This document shows positions 38,818 to 51,790 of a stretch of DNA of 64,000 nt, piece by piece. The notes under the pieces are model-generated. The model was not told the origin of the DNA. It did not search any database and worked only from the letters and a program-made list of their open reading frames with translations. The stretch comes from Nephila pilipes (lineage: Eukaryota), in NCBI GenBank assembly GCA_019974015.1, contig BMAW01101096.1, forward strand, positions 295,229 through 359,228. The letters are read 5' to 3'. The position numbers were made by a program, and so were the translations under genes. Position 1 is the stretch's first letter, and each line of letters begins with the position of its first letter.

Positions 38818-38949
38818 TACTCTGTCAATTTGAAGATTATTAGCCTCAATATTCACAAAACTGAATGATTCGTAGGTTTCACGTTTATATTCTTCCGTAG
38901 AGTCAAAGCTATACACCGGCATTTCAGAAATATCTTTAGCTTCAACTAA
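38818..38949 (-). CDS. Candidate upstream coding exon on the minus strand (LVEAKDISEMPVYSFDSTEEYKRETYESFSFVNIEANNLQIDRVRRIKSTK). It may be the 5' coding exon of the Ro60-like gene or may belong to a separate gene.
   Basis: Acceptor aaatattttag and donor GTAAGC. It is phase-0 compatible with the exon starting at 37430. Its composition is unlike the surrounding AT-rich noise. Confidence 0.3.
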
Positions 38950-39439
38950 AATATTTTTAAAAAATTAGAATAATTTTGATTAAAATTCAAAAACATAATA
39001 GAAAAAATCAGAGTAATAATGGCAAACAAATTATTTTGTTGTGCGTGTATAAGTAAATGAAATAATATCAATATAACTACTCAAAACGAAAAAACGAACA
39101 GGGGATATTATGATTTTGAATAAAATCTGCAGATGAAAAAAAAAATTGTTTATTGATACGTGATTCTTAAGAGTTGAACGATATGAGAAAAAGAAATTAC
39201 GCATTTGACAAGGAATAATTAAACTTTATTCACAACTTTTGAAGGTAAACAAAAAATGTGTAATCCGTGCATATGATTAAAATCAGCAACAACCTGATTC
39301 CTCGTATAAAAATAAGTTTCAGAAAGCGGTATAATAATATCGAGCATCTATGAGGCATGGTGATATTGAAGTTATCATGGAGGGATCTATATAAGATATT
39401 TTCTCCTACTCCCTCCCGTAGAAAGCAACTTTCGAACTG

Positions 39440-40300
39440 TTGAAATGTTTGTGGAAGCGATAAGCGACCAGCAGCCCTTCTTCAAAAATATCCGTAACAC
39501 GTTCGATTGGATTCATGTCAGAAGAATATGAGGTCTCCATTCGATAGATTATTTCATAGAAAAGGACATTAACCACTAGCCCAATCTATGTGGTCAAGCA
39601 TTAATATCCATGAGATGGAATTCATCCCCGATCGCTGAATATAAAGTCACAATGGTTCTCAGAATATCACCCCTAAGAAGTTCTGATTATATATAATAAT
39701 TCTTTACAGCCATTTATAGAAATATCAAACGACCCCATAAATTTGCCTCCACCAAATCGATACTTTCATTTAAATGAAGGATTATTCTATAAGCCACGTT
39801 CTCTCCAAATTATAAGTTTCCCATTGTCATATTTTGCTTTATTAAAGAAGGAAGATAATGTCCAAATAAGATGTTCTTCCTATGCCCGCCCTTCTGCAAA
39901 CAACACTATAACCTGCTATTAACATAACAAATAAATCCACGAACATATAATCCAACATATAGCAGAGTCTGTTTCCAACAGTTTGAATAGAAACTCTGAT
40001 GCCAGTAGCCTTCTGATTGTGCAGTTGTAGTGAAGGAGCGTTCATGTTGTGGCTTCAACAAGCCAATTAGTGTTCAATATCGATCCTCAATTTGTGTCGT
40101 TGCAAGCTTACACCTCCTAGCTTTCTGTTGAAATTTCCAAGTTCCAAATATCGATTTCACTGCCATGAAATGACACTTTGAAAGACTTCAATTGATTCGC
40201 TACGAAGGTGGTTAGTTCTTTAATGACCAATGGTCCAACAGGCTACCAATTCACCTAAATCGAGTTATCAGGACATTGTTTTCTCTGCTACGGATCATTC
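39440..40300 (-). mobile_element. Second, unrelated Tc1-like transposase remnant, frameshifted.
   Basis: The minus-strand translation contains ...FYEIIYRMETSYSSDMNPIERVTDIFEEGLL, matching the Tc1 WP.RSPDLNPIEHVWD.L.R segment. Local GC is higher than in the surrounding DNA. Confidence 0.45.
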
Positions 40301-43300
40301 AACAGGCGCCAACTTTTTTATTATTATTGTCTTCAATATAAATTTTGCAGGCCGTTCTTTTCACTACCCATATAAAACGAGTTGTTTTCTACACCGAAGA
40401 CAAAATTCGCATATTCCGAAGTCTGTAAACATAATAATTTTCCTTCTCACGTTTCATATTTGCGGAAGAAGCAGTCACTTCATACCAAATTTATATCTTT
40501 AAATGTATGTGTTTTAAGCAGGCGTATTTTTAATATTTATAATAAACCATTCACCTGATTTCTATGAAATTTTAAGTCAATTCAAAACTTTGTCTCTTTT
40601 CTTTGATAATATATACTATTTCATTTCGACGAGCTATATCAATAATAATAAGCTTTTAACAGTATCTCTTTTTCGATTTGTTTCATAACTAACCTCCCAG
40701 CGTCCATAATGCAATTTACGGTAAGGAAAAATTATGCTATATTTGAGCAAAAATACCATATGGAGAGCATCAATTTAAAACTTTTCATTTTTAAAAAATA
40801 TCCCTTAGATTTAGGGTAAAAGATGGAAAATTTGATTCATACGTAACTTCCTGTACCTGAACAGTTAAGAGTTTTACAGTACACGACCGAGTTTTTTTAA
40901 TGTAAACAAAAATAGATATTTTATGTCATTTTTCAGATTCCATTTTTACAAAGTTTTATACCTACATACAATTTCAAATTTCATCACAACTGGATATACT
41001 TTACGCATTTTTAATTTGTTGATTTTTATCAGTTTTAAATTAATCTTAAGAACTTAACTATCTTTTTTTAAAATTTATATTGATAACTTAATCATTAATT
41101 ATAATCTGGTAACTAGAACTAATTATATTCAATACCAGATAACTTAATAATTAATTATATATAAGAATATATATTTATTAACAAAACATATGGCATTTCC
41201 ACTGATGTTTTCATTACCAGTATTTTTGGCGTAATATATATATTTAAGAATTTTTTTTTATAATATTAGCGTTAACTTTGAAGGTTCGGTTGAATGAAAT
41301 AATTTTTTTTTTTTTTTTGCAGGAATACGTGGATGCGAATAAGTCAAAGAGAATATTCAGTAATATTTTAATTAAATAATTTAATTTTGATGAATGCAAA
41401 ATGCTCTTGGTGAAGTGTTCATCTGCTGCAATGCTGTATAATAATAATTATTATTAAATATCGTTTAAAGAATATCTCTAATTTGAAACCCTACTCCAAT
41501 TATTATGAAATGTTCAATCGAATATTAGCAATAGATCACATATTTTTTGCTAAATAATTTGTTTCCCCATTTGACAAAGTTCCAAAGCATTCCTCCACAA
41601 TCTATAAAAAGAATTTGGACAATTTGGACACGCAAAGGTAGTTCTCTCTCATTTCTAGTTACTGAATGTTCATTTTGTGGTTTATTTATTGGAGCATGAG
41701 TTCCATCGAAATATCCTTAAAAATGCCTCTAGACTGAAAAGTATTCTATTCCAGGGAAATTAGATTAAACAATCACGGAATAAAATTACAGATGAAACTA
41801 TGCGATAATTCTAAAAATAAAAATACTAGGAATTTATAGATCAACAAAAATTTAAGTAAATAAACTGACAAAATCAAGACATTATCAGATTTTTATTCAT
41901 AGCCTTTTTAATAACTGTGCCACTTTTTACGTTTATAATTATGAATATTTCTCACCTAGAATAAAAGATTGAATAGATTTTTATAGCAGATGTAAAACTA
42001 AGCAACTGATAATTCATTTTTTTTTCAAGCAACTGATAATTCATTTTTTTTTTCAAGCAACTGTTTTGTTCACACACAATGAAGTCAGATCTTTATACTA
42101 TGAAAAATATTCTTTTTCATTTTTTGTAAAAATCTCAGTGGTTTTTTTTTTTTTTTTTTTTTTTGTGGTATGCAATTACTAAAGTCTACTTTATTCATTA
42201 ATTGTTAAGTCTGAAATAATTACTAAAATGGACAATTTTGAATAAATTTATTATTTACTGTACATCTGAAATTTGGTTACGCTTTATAAGTTTGTTTTTA
42301 AATAGATCTCTGTCATCACAAAGATTCAAAAATACAAGCACAATTCATACACTATATACAACAGAAGGTATTCATAAATTAGCAATACACTTTTCAATGA
42401 ATCGAACTTTTCAAATAAAATGCTTTGGTGTGTTATCATGCGTGGGTGGGTGTGTTATCATGAAAAGACCTAAATTGGAAATTGTCGACTTTCTTCGGTG
42501 AATGTCAATACACACCAAATATATCAGGGCAAAACCGAAATATTTTGTTATGTGATTATACATATGGACCATCACCGGTATATGTCGACAAGCACAGATG
42601 AGCTCTGGTGGAGGTCGAAATGAGAAGTCAATGTCAACAGAGAAACGACAAACCGTCGTCAAATCTTTTGTTCTGCCGCGATGGAGGTCACATGGCCTTT
42701 ATTTATTATGGTCTGGAACACTGCTGTTTGTCAGTTTCTTGCAAGTTTTGCTGGTGCGTACAACGTTTAAGTAGATTTTATTTTTTATCCGATACTCTAA
42801 TTTATATTGAATGGATACAGCAGTGAACCATCATGATTTTTTTTTTTTTTTTTTTGAAAAGTTACATGCATTCATTGCGAGTAAACGAGAAGACCATTGT
42901 TTTCATTTTTCTCCTTAAAAATACTCTAAAATGATTTCTGCAGTTATGTCTGCTAAAACTTAATGCAGTACACCTTTGTATTACAGACGTTTAAAACGTT
43001 TTGACATTTTAAAAATTAATGATGAAGAGAAGTTAATTGCACCCTTGGAGAAACGAATACACAGTATTATATTAACAATGATGAATTCTTCAGTATACAG
43101 TCTTAAACTCACATAACAATAGGCCATGCAGTAAGAACACGTATGCTTAAAGAATTACAAGTTAAATACAAAAATATTACATTTAAAGTTATAATTTTGT
43201 ATTAAAACTTATGCAAACAATGTCTGATGAAATATAGTGCATCTAAAAAGGTATTGTCGTGAAAACAATGGTCAGATCCCTGTTCAAGATGTCAGGTCAA

Positions 43301-43391
43301 AACTGATAGACCTGCAGTGACACACGGATGGTGAATAGAAGTTCTTAATGGTGTATCAAGCCATTTAACGAAATTTGTCCAGCTACGCCAT

Positions 43392-44480
43392 TTGAAAACT
43401 AAGACAGCAGACGTACTCGTAGTAGCATATCACCTTCTTCAAATATTTTTAACATTTGATGTCCCAGATATATTGCATTCAGACAATGGTAGAGAATTCA
43501 GTCATCAAGTTTTATCTAAGCCATGCGCTATGTGGAAAGATGTTAAGAAGGTTCATGGAAAGATACGTCATAGTCAAACACAAGGCTCAGTTGAAAGGGC
43601 CAATCAGGATATAAAGAACATACATGGATGAACGATGACGATACATATAAATGGTCAGATGGTTTGCTCTTTGTTCAGATAGTCAAGAACACTACATACC
43701 ACAAAGGAATACACCAAAGTCTTAATGATGCCATTTTTGACGTTAAATGAAAAAGAAGTATAGCATCATCATCTTTCCTGTTGAACAAATCGAAAATACT
43801 GAAAACCGAAGAACAGCTCAAAGAAATTGTTAATACTTTTGAAAAAAATTTAAGCAGTGATCATATCGAAAACCATATTCTAAAGGAAAATACTGAAGAG
43901 GAGTTGAAACATACCACTTCTTCATATCAAGTCCAGACTGAGCAACACGAGTTTCTTTCTATAATAACAACAGTAAAAGCGAGTTTTCTAAACATGAGTT
44001 TTCTTTCAAACTTCATACTTTGCGTAACATATTTTTTTTCATACCTTAAAATTTTACGAGGGGATAGTTTAATTTGTTGGTCTCAATATACATCTGTTTC
44101 ACGTTGTAAACAATTGGAATTATGAGTAAAATTTAATTCTTTAAGTAATTAGTTTTAATCAATTAATTTGTATTAATCATAGTTACAATATCGTATTGTC
44201 ACCCAAAACAATCGTGTATAGAAAATTTCAGTTGATTTGAGAGCTTTAAAATGTGGGGGAAAAAGCTTTTAAAGTTTTAACCCAGACATAGTTACAATGT
44301 GAGTAGAAGAAAACCCATTGAAAAGAGGGACCGCGATAGAGAATCTTCTACTGCAAGCAACGAAAATGTTACAAGCCTCAAAAAAAGATTTCCTCCTGCT
44401 CAAATTGGTGATGCCGTAAGAGTACAAGTCCGTGAGATGTCACCTATGGTCGTATAGATGAACGGAATGTGTTGGCGGTT
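43392..44480 (+). mobile_element. LTR-retrotransposon integrase remnant (catalytic core through C-terminal tail), with frameshifts and stops.
   Basis: HSDNGREFSHQVL...HGKIRHSQTQGSVERANQDIKN has the rve-domain D..E signature. Downstream are ...KWSDGLLFVQIVKNTTYHKGI... and ...KKRFPPAQIGDAVRVQVREM, the integrase-tail pattern. Confidence 0.65.
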
Positions 44481-44529
44481 GTTGGAATAGATGATTCCGA
44501 CTTTTATAAATTAATAAACAAAAATGATA

Positions 44530-46454
44530 TCATAAAGCAGCATTATACCTGTAATCAATTCGTAGTTCGTAAAGAAAACTTACTTTCCATACATGAGATT
44601 TCATACATAGATATTTGATATTTTCCATATATGAGATATTTGAAATGTTGCACAGAGAAGCAGCTGCAGCTAATTCGAGAAGTGGGGCAAGGCTGTACAC
44701 TCTGTTATGGCGGCATCTTCTGCAAAGTTGGTTTATGGAACTACATTGAAGCTGCCTGGAGAATTGCATCAGTCGAAGCAAGGAGTAGATAACATATATA
44801 AGCGTAACAGCAAGGAAAGTCTCTGATGAATGCTATAAATGTACCTTTGCATGGTTTGTGCCACATTTCAAAGGTCAAAAGTCATGTACACGTATTCGAA
44901 AAGTCCAGTGAGTGTGATCACGGCTATTTTAAGAATATCTTGACTGTTCACGAGGATTTGATAATAAGCTTTGACCAGATCGATTTTTGAAGAAATGGTT
45001 TTTTCACGTACTCCATTAACAAAATCTTGAATGTGAGGGAGAGGATAGCGATCAGGTATCGTAATTGCGTTTAATCTTCTGAAATTTACCACAAATACGC
45101 CAAGATCCACTATTTTTCTTGACAAAATGAATAGGACTGGAGTATGGACTTTTTGAAGGTCTGATAATAAATACCTTGACGCATCAACTCACTAAATTCT
45201 TTTCTTAAAAAAAGAAATTTTTTCAGAATTTAGACGTTGAGCTTTGGCATACTCAGGAAATCTTCTTGTTGTTATGCAATGTGTAACTGTACCCTTAATT
45301 AAATTTGAGGTTTAACTGTTAGAAAATAATTTTGGATAATTTGAAAATAACGCATGAAAAAGTGAAGCACTCGTTACCGGAAGAATTTCTTTTGACAGAT
45401 AGAGATGCTTAACTATCAAGAAGTCTTCTATTTTTGTCATCAATAAGAAGCTCAAAATGATCCAGAATATCCGCATCTAGGATAGGATGCGAAACGTCTG
45501 CAACTAAAAATATCCAAATGAAACTTCACCAGACCAAAGTCTAATCCTAGTTTAAGAGTACCATAAATGAGTATTTCTGAACCATTATTCACGTCAAGTA
45601 CAAGATCTTGCTTTTTAGAAAAATTTACAAAATGTTTAGGATAACAACTCACTGCAGCACCATTGTCAAACAAAAAAACTGCGCCTAGATAACCGATCTA
45701 ATATAAATAATCGGCTGTTAGACCTCCACTGATCTGCCGGCGACAAAACAGATGTGCTCTCTACTTTTTTGACCAAGTACATCATTTCATGCACTTGGTT
45801 GCTCTATCCCCAAACCGATGATGATACCAGCAGAAATATTTAGAAATAAATTTGTTATGAATAGGACGAAAGAATTTTATGGCCTTTGACCTAAAGACAC
45901 TTAGACTGCTAAATCTACCCCGTGGTATAAGAATTTTCCTATTTCTTTGAGTTCAAAAATTTCCGCTAGAAGAGCATTCAAATCCGAATCGTTTGCGCTC
46001 AACATTTGCAGTTGTCAAATTACCTCTCGACCCTTCATAAATCTTAAGCGCAATTTGTGCAAATTCATCCAGTGGAGTTTTATAATTTGCTGCAAGTTAT
46101 GATTCAACCTTTGTAACCATAGTTTGCAGGATGTCGTCCTCCATGATTTCAGGAGCTAAATTATGCATTTCATTCAATAAGAGAAAAAGATATTTGTTAC
46201 TTAGCTGTAAATCTTTAAGTAGAAAATTTAAACGAAAATTAACTTGACCCGGAAAAATGTTGGATTATCCTACCCTTAAGAGCTTTAAAAGCTTGAATTG
46301 TAGGAGAATTTTTAACAATATCCTTAACACAAGATAGTATGTTAGGGCTCAAGGCAGCAAAAACTGCGTGGAATTTAATAGACTCGCTAATAATAGCAGC
46401 CATGACAAATTGGGATTCAATTTGGTAAAACCAAAATTCAGGATCAGTTCCCAA
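44530..46454 (-). mobile_element. Ty3/gypsy-like LTR retrotransposon internal region on the minus strand. It comprises a gag N-terminal segment (46239-46454), an aspartic protease (45452-45673) and RT motifs (44868-45125, possibly continuing to about 44530), all broken by stops and frameshifts.
   Basis: gag: PEFWFYQIESQF...ESIKFHAVFAALSPNILSCVKDIV..P..AFKALKGRIIQHF. Protease: FDNGAAVSCYP. RT: RRLNAITIPDRYPLPHIQDF...SKIDLVKAYYQI...DILKIAVITLTGLFEYVYMTF. The order is gag-PR-RT on the minus strand, while the adjacent integrase remnant lies on the plus strand. Confidence 0.7.
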
Positions 46455-47152
46455 AATGTCGGCGCTTGAAATAGATGCATCCTGCTTAGTATTAGGAAGA
46501 TAGCTTCTTGTTCAAAATTAAACATGTTAACTATAAACTTAAATATTTATGTAAGTGAAGATTTTGATGACCGAAAATAATAAAACGGAATAATGCAATG
46601 GCATAGAGAACTACGAGTGAGAGAGTGAAAATAAGAAGGTGCAAGAGCCGAATCTGGCCAAGTTACGCCAAACAAATGAGGTATTAGGAAAGACCAAAGA
46701 GAAAAAGACAAACGCAATACTTCACAAAGCCGAGCTGAAAAAATCTCCAAGAAGTGAGAAAATTGTCACTCAAGGAAGGTAAAAATCACCGATGCGAAGA
46801 ACGGATCACCAATATGCGGAGTTACCCTTCTGATCTTTGTCAGTCGGGTATCTCACCATACTGTTATTGCAAAAAGAAGTGCTCTACGGTTAAATACTGG
46901 TGTAAAAACAAGAGACTTTTGGGCAATTCAAAGTGCCAAAGCATTTTAAGTTGTTGCAATAAATAAGACTGTATAACATAAATCACATAATGAACGGAGT
47001 TTATTATTGGTATTATTTTCCCTTTTTTCATTACGAATGTACAGTATGATTTTAAAAAAAAAACAAAATTAGTTTTATTCAACATTTACCATCAGTGATC
47101 AGTGAGTGAATGTCAACATTCGTAGTTTTAGTTTTATTCAACATTAACTATC

Positions 47153-47218
47153 GAGAGAGAAGAGAGAGAGAAAGAAGAGAAGGAGAAGAGAAGAAGAAAA
47201 GGAGAAAAAGAGAGAAAT
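47153..47218. repeat. Purine-rich (GA/GAA)n microsatellite.
   Basis: gagagagaagagagagagaaagaagagaaggagaagagaagaagaaaaggagaaaaagagagaa. Confidence 0.9.
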
Positions 47219-47411
47219 ATGAAAATACTACGGTTGTTCACCAACGTGTTTAGTATGTGTTGACATTCACCGGAGAAAGTCGACATTTTCCAGATTTCGG
47301 TTTTTCACGGTAACATATAAGTAACAATAAGTTTTACAACAATTTTGATATCAAATTAAACACAAAGAATATGCTTAAACATGTAATTCAAAGTTTCCAT
47401 AATATAATTAC

Positions 47412-47750
47412 CATTGTTAAATTGATTCAGAGTTCGCAATGATTTCTTAGCTAATGCTCTAATACTTGATCTATAAAACCCAGCTCCTGGTGGTGGTGCA
47501 GGAGATGACCCAAATAATGCTGTTTTTGGTGCTGCAGCACATGATCCAAACACTGCTGTTTGTGCTATAGGTGGTCCAGCAGGTGACCCAAACACTGCTG
47601 ATGGTGCAATTTGTGCTGCAGTAGAACCCAAAGAAAATTTCTCTAAATAATTTTGTGAATTAGAACTAAAAAGAGAAACATGTCTATCATCTTCAAGAAA
47701 TCCTCCTCGTAATCCACTCCCCAAATTTTCTGATTCCAAATCAAAGACAC
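47412..47750 (-). CDS. Exon of an unidentified minus-strand gene encoding a low-complexity FG-repeat segment (...SAVFGSPAGPPIAQTAVFGSCAAAPKTALFGSSPAPPPGAGFYRSS...). It may instead continue as a terminal exon to the stop at 47356.
   Basis: The tttcag acceptor at 47751-47756 is in phase with the upstream exon 48055-48125. A candidate donor is AATG|GTAATTAT at 47411. There are three xxFGS repeats. Confidence 0.45.
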
Positions 47751-48054
47751 CTGAAAGAAGCTCTTTTTATTTAGAATTATCACAAATTATGCAGAATAAA
47801 TTGTGACATAAAAAGACAAAATGATGTTAAGAAATATTATTCTCTATCAAAATAAAATGAATTAATATAACTTATTAATTAATCAGAAAAGTAATTATTT
47901 TTCAGGCATTTTGAACAGAATACCAATAAGAATATATTTGAATTAATCAATATCTCCATTAAAAATAAATAATACACAAATTTTTATTTTGTAGTAAGAA
48001 CAAATAAACTAAAAAAATTGCTTAGAGATGTAGAATATAACAACAAATAATTAC

Positions 48055-48125
48055 TTTCGTCCTCAGAAACTGATCCTCTGGATCTGGATCTGGATCTGCT
48101 TCCTGCTGAATCTGCAGCATCATAA
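48055..48125 (-). CDS. RS-rich exon of the same unidentified gene (SYDAADSAGSRSRSRSRGSVSEDE).
   Basis: Acceptor ...tttaaagaaag and donor GTAATT. It is phase-compatible on both sides, with 51021-51153 upstream and 47750 downstream. Confidence 0.45.
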
Positions 48126-48574
48126 CTTTCTTTAAATTTGAAAAATAAAAATTACAATGTTAAATATAGTTTTAGTAATATAAACACTTAATCTAATTAT
48201 TCCAAGATTACAAATACTATGAACCGTTTTAACAACAATAAAGCTTTATTGAAAAGATTGTGATTGTTTATTAAATTCACAATGAGAAGCAATACGAGGG
48301 CTATTTGAATGAAAAGATAGCTTCATATTTTTAGTGATAAAGAGAAAAAAAAAATTAGAAAGAAAAATCCAAATGTTCTCACAATAAGTTTTTTTTTTTT
48401 TTTTAAAAAAAAATGATTTAAGTTATACACCAACCATCCCTCGCTTTTTCGGTGCTTCGAAATATTCTTGCACATATTATAATGAAAACTTTACATAAAC
48501 ATAACAGCTTGATAAGAAGAAATATATTTACTAAGGAGCCTAAAACTAACAAGACTTAGAAATTAATTAATTGG

Positions 48575-48700
48575 TTATAAAGTCGCATTTAGAATCTACA
48601 CGATCGGATCTCGCAATTTTGAGCTTTGGTCGAGTGACGAGGACGACACTTGAGCTGGAGTCCAATTCTCCTAGCTTCTACACCAAACACACTGCAAGTA
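48575..48700 (-). mobile_element. Partial copy (3' half) of the tRNA-derived SINE family seen at 29175-29462.
   Basis: ctcgcaattttgagctttggtcgagtgacgaggacgacacttgagctggag aligns with the reverse complement of 29330-29420. Confidence 0.55.
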
Positions 48701-51020
48701 TTTTCATTATATTTAAGTTATTTAAAGAGTGACTCTCTTGTATTTTTGAGCTGCAAATTACTCTACTTGACCATCACATTGTAACTCTTAAATTAAAACA
48801 TAGTTAATGGAAGAATTGATAAATATAACAGTAAGATCTAAAGTATGATCACCCAGAATCGTAACTGAATTAAATTCTTTAATTTTTAATACACATTATC
48901 TTTATTCTTTAAATTATATTATTCTTAAAAAATTTTAATTTACATTTTTTTTATATTTTTTATTATTGTTATTTTATTTATTTATTACTATAAAGGGAGA
49001 CCTTTGATTGATCGGGATCCAGAGTTGCAGTCCAAAAAAACTATGCCTAAATTCGCAAAACATTGATAAAATGATTAATTAATATATAACAAGAAAAATA
49101 AGTTGACATTCACTTTTAAATTAAAACTCAATTTACTTCCAAATTTTAAAAAAACATATGCAGAATATCGTAAAACGACTTCCTAATATATAAAATTTTC
49201 GCAAGGAATTATCTATACTAATTAACATATACATATACGGATAATGAATCTAAAAATGTAATTCATTGAAAACCCCTAACAAATCATCAAAGACAAATAA
49301 AAAAAAAAAAAAGCTGATAATCCATTTTTATAGAAAATTTCAAATTAAAAATAGCAGAAACCCCAACATTTTAAGTTTTTCAGAAATTTCCTAAATTATC
49401 ATTCGCTTTTTAATTTATCAATTTTTAAGACTCCTTGCAATGATAAATAACTCACACGCCCATTTTTTTTTTTTTTTCTGAAAGAAATGTTTTCATTTTA
49501 TGTCTAAGAAAGTTATTTAAGCCATGAAATCAATTACATTTAATGCAAAATAAGAAATACTACCAATATAAGTAGAATTATTAACCATTAATTTGCAATT
49601 GCTTTTAAATGCCTCCATACAAATTGTATTCATAGTCAGAGATAAAAATCTAAATGAATAAGAAGCATAACATTCATGACTTCAGGCTGAAGGTTAAGTC
49701 TGTTATAAAATCATTTGTAATAATTTTTTAACAAGTGATAGAAAACCTATTGCTATGTGATTAATCAGGATTTTATTTAAAATATAGAAATAAAATAGAT
49801 AAAATGTTTGCATATAAAGAAGTATATATCTAAAAACGTAGATCAAAGAATCAAAATAAAAGAAAAATCATTATTATTATTGTTTTCCATCCCCTTTCAT
49901 TTAATAGAATAACTATAGAGAAGTTACAATAAAATTTCAAATTAAATCTCAACAAATTAATAAAGCAATGATTAAATCTAACATTTCTAAAAAAAAAAAA
50001 AAGATTTTTTTTTTTAAATGAGCTAACAAAAGGCAATGCTGATGATAAGAAAAAAAATTAATTTTTTTTAACGTATTCTGGCAAAACCTGACAAAAATTA
50101 ACGTAATATTAATAATTTCACTTTTGTTAAGATAACAAAAATAAAAGTAAACATATATGTGTAAGAAAAATGAATACACACTAAATCATGAAACATACTA
50201 TTCAAAAGAAATTATTGATGGCCTCTAATAATAAATTAAGGGGAATAGATCTGTATTTACAGTTGACAACAGTCAAGATAATATTTTTGAAAAAAAATTA
50301 AACACATGGTCAATAATTCAGAATATTTCTCTTTTATAATTCAAAAGCAGCTATAAAAAAACACTGCATTATACTACAATTAGTATTATATAATGAATAT
50401 ATGCAAACGATTTATTCTTTTAAACCAGTTAATAAATTCATTTTATTTATTTTATATTTTCCCCCGACAAACTAGACAAAACTATCTCATAAAATCATAA
50501 ATAATTAAAGTGAGAAGAAAATATCACATTTTCAAAATATTTAAGAAAAAATAAATACTAATTCGAACTAATTAAAAATTAGGAGGTGACTGAAAATTCT
50601 TTTAGCAAGATGACCAGTATAAAATGAAAAGTAAGATTTTGAACTTAGCACAAATATAGACATCTTCAAAAGGAAATAGAAAAATCATAACATAAATAAT
50701 ACAATACTTTGAAAACAATATCAATAAAAACTCAGAATAAAAACAGCATAACTACAATATTTTAATGCGAACATTTCTTTAACAGAAAAGAATTTAAAAA
50801 TTAACTAGAGTGCTTAGAAAAGATTTCCATTAATACATGTACTACAACAACAGAAAATTCAGAAATATATCTTTTCCATTGCATATTTTTTTCTTTTTAA
50901 ACAAAAAAAAAAAAAAAAACTGGAACATTTTTCCACTCAATTTAAAACTATATATAAACTAATCACAGATGTGTATTAAGTAACGATGAAATTAAAATTT
51001 ATATTTTGGTATGAAATTAC

Positions 51021-51153
51021 CTACCAACAAAATCTGACATCGGTGCACGCCTGTAGTGAACACTGATATGAGGCCTTTTTGCATGCCTCTTTTTCTTTTT
51101 TTTATTAGATCGCAATAACTTCTCAGACAGCGAATTTTCATTTGAGTCAGAGG
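51021..51153 (-). CDS. Basic/NLS-like exon of the same unidentified minus-strand gene (SDSNENSLSEKLLRSNKKKKKRHAKRPHISVHYRRAPMSDFVG).
   Basis: Acceptor ttttacag and donor GTAATT. It ends in phase 2, which completes the codon with the first nucleotide of exon 48055-48125. Confidence 0.4.
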
Positions 51154-51288
51154 CTGTAAAATCGCAGTTTTTATCAATTCAGAAACTATATTACTCACAC
51201 ACAAAAAATTAAAAACAAATGAAACTTAAGGTTTGAAATTATATTTACAATAAAAAAAAATCCAACAGTACATTTACATACTAAGAAA

Positions 51289-51330
<42 letters not shown>

Positions 51331-51485
51331 CGTATAAATCATATAATTCAAAATGATTTATACGATTTCAAAATTCCCTAATATAAAAAATAAACGAAGC
51401 AAAACTATAAGTAATACATGAATACAAAGAGAAAATGTGGAAGTTTTATATTGTGAACAATAGATGGCCATCGTGTGTTTTTCGT

Positions 51486-51790
51486 CAAGCTATTTCACGA
51501 AAGTTAGTTTCGAAGCTTTCACAGACAACCTTGCAGTTGGATCGGTCGCAGTGAACCACATGACTTGATGTTACACAGCTGGCCACCTAAGTCACCTGAT
51601 ATGGCTCCATGCAATTTCTTCCTTTGGGGATTCGTGAAAGATAAAGTGTATGCGCCACCAAAAACCACAAATTTATTTGAAATTAAACAACGAATTTTGG
51701 CTGCTTTACCATGATTTACCACTGACACTTTACAAAGTATTTGGGAAGAATCTACATATCGAATTGACATTATACGTGTAACTAACTGAA
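51486..51790 (+). mobile_element. mariner-like transposase C-terminal fragment, frameshifted.
   Basis: ...W.P.KSPDMAPCNFFLWGFVKDKVYAPPKTTNLFELKQRILAAL...LQSIWEESTYRIDIIRVTN matches the mariner C-terminus (SPDLAPSDFFLF..LK..L.G.RF...EE.K.A). The preceding frame carries WPP out of register. Confidence 0.7.

Noticed and set aside
42238-42830. Two plus-strand ORFs (87 and 72 aa) with a Cys-rich segment upstream of the integrase remnant.
   Set aside because: No recognisable domain; probably decayed retroelement sequence, with insufficient evidence to call it.
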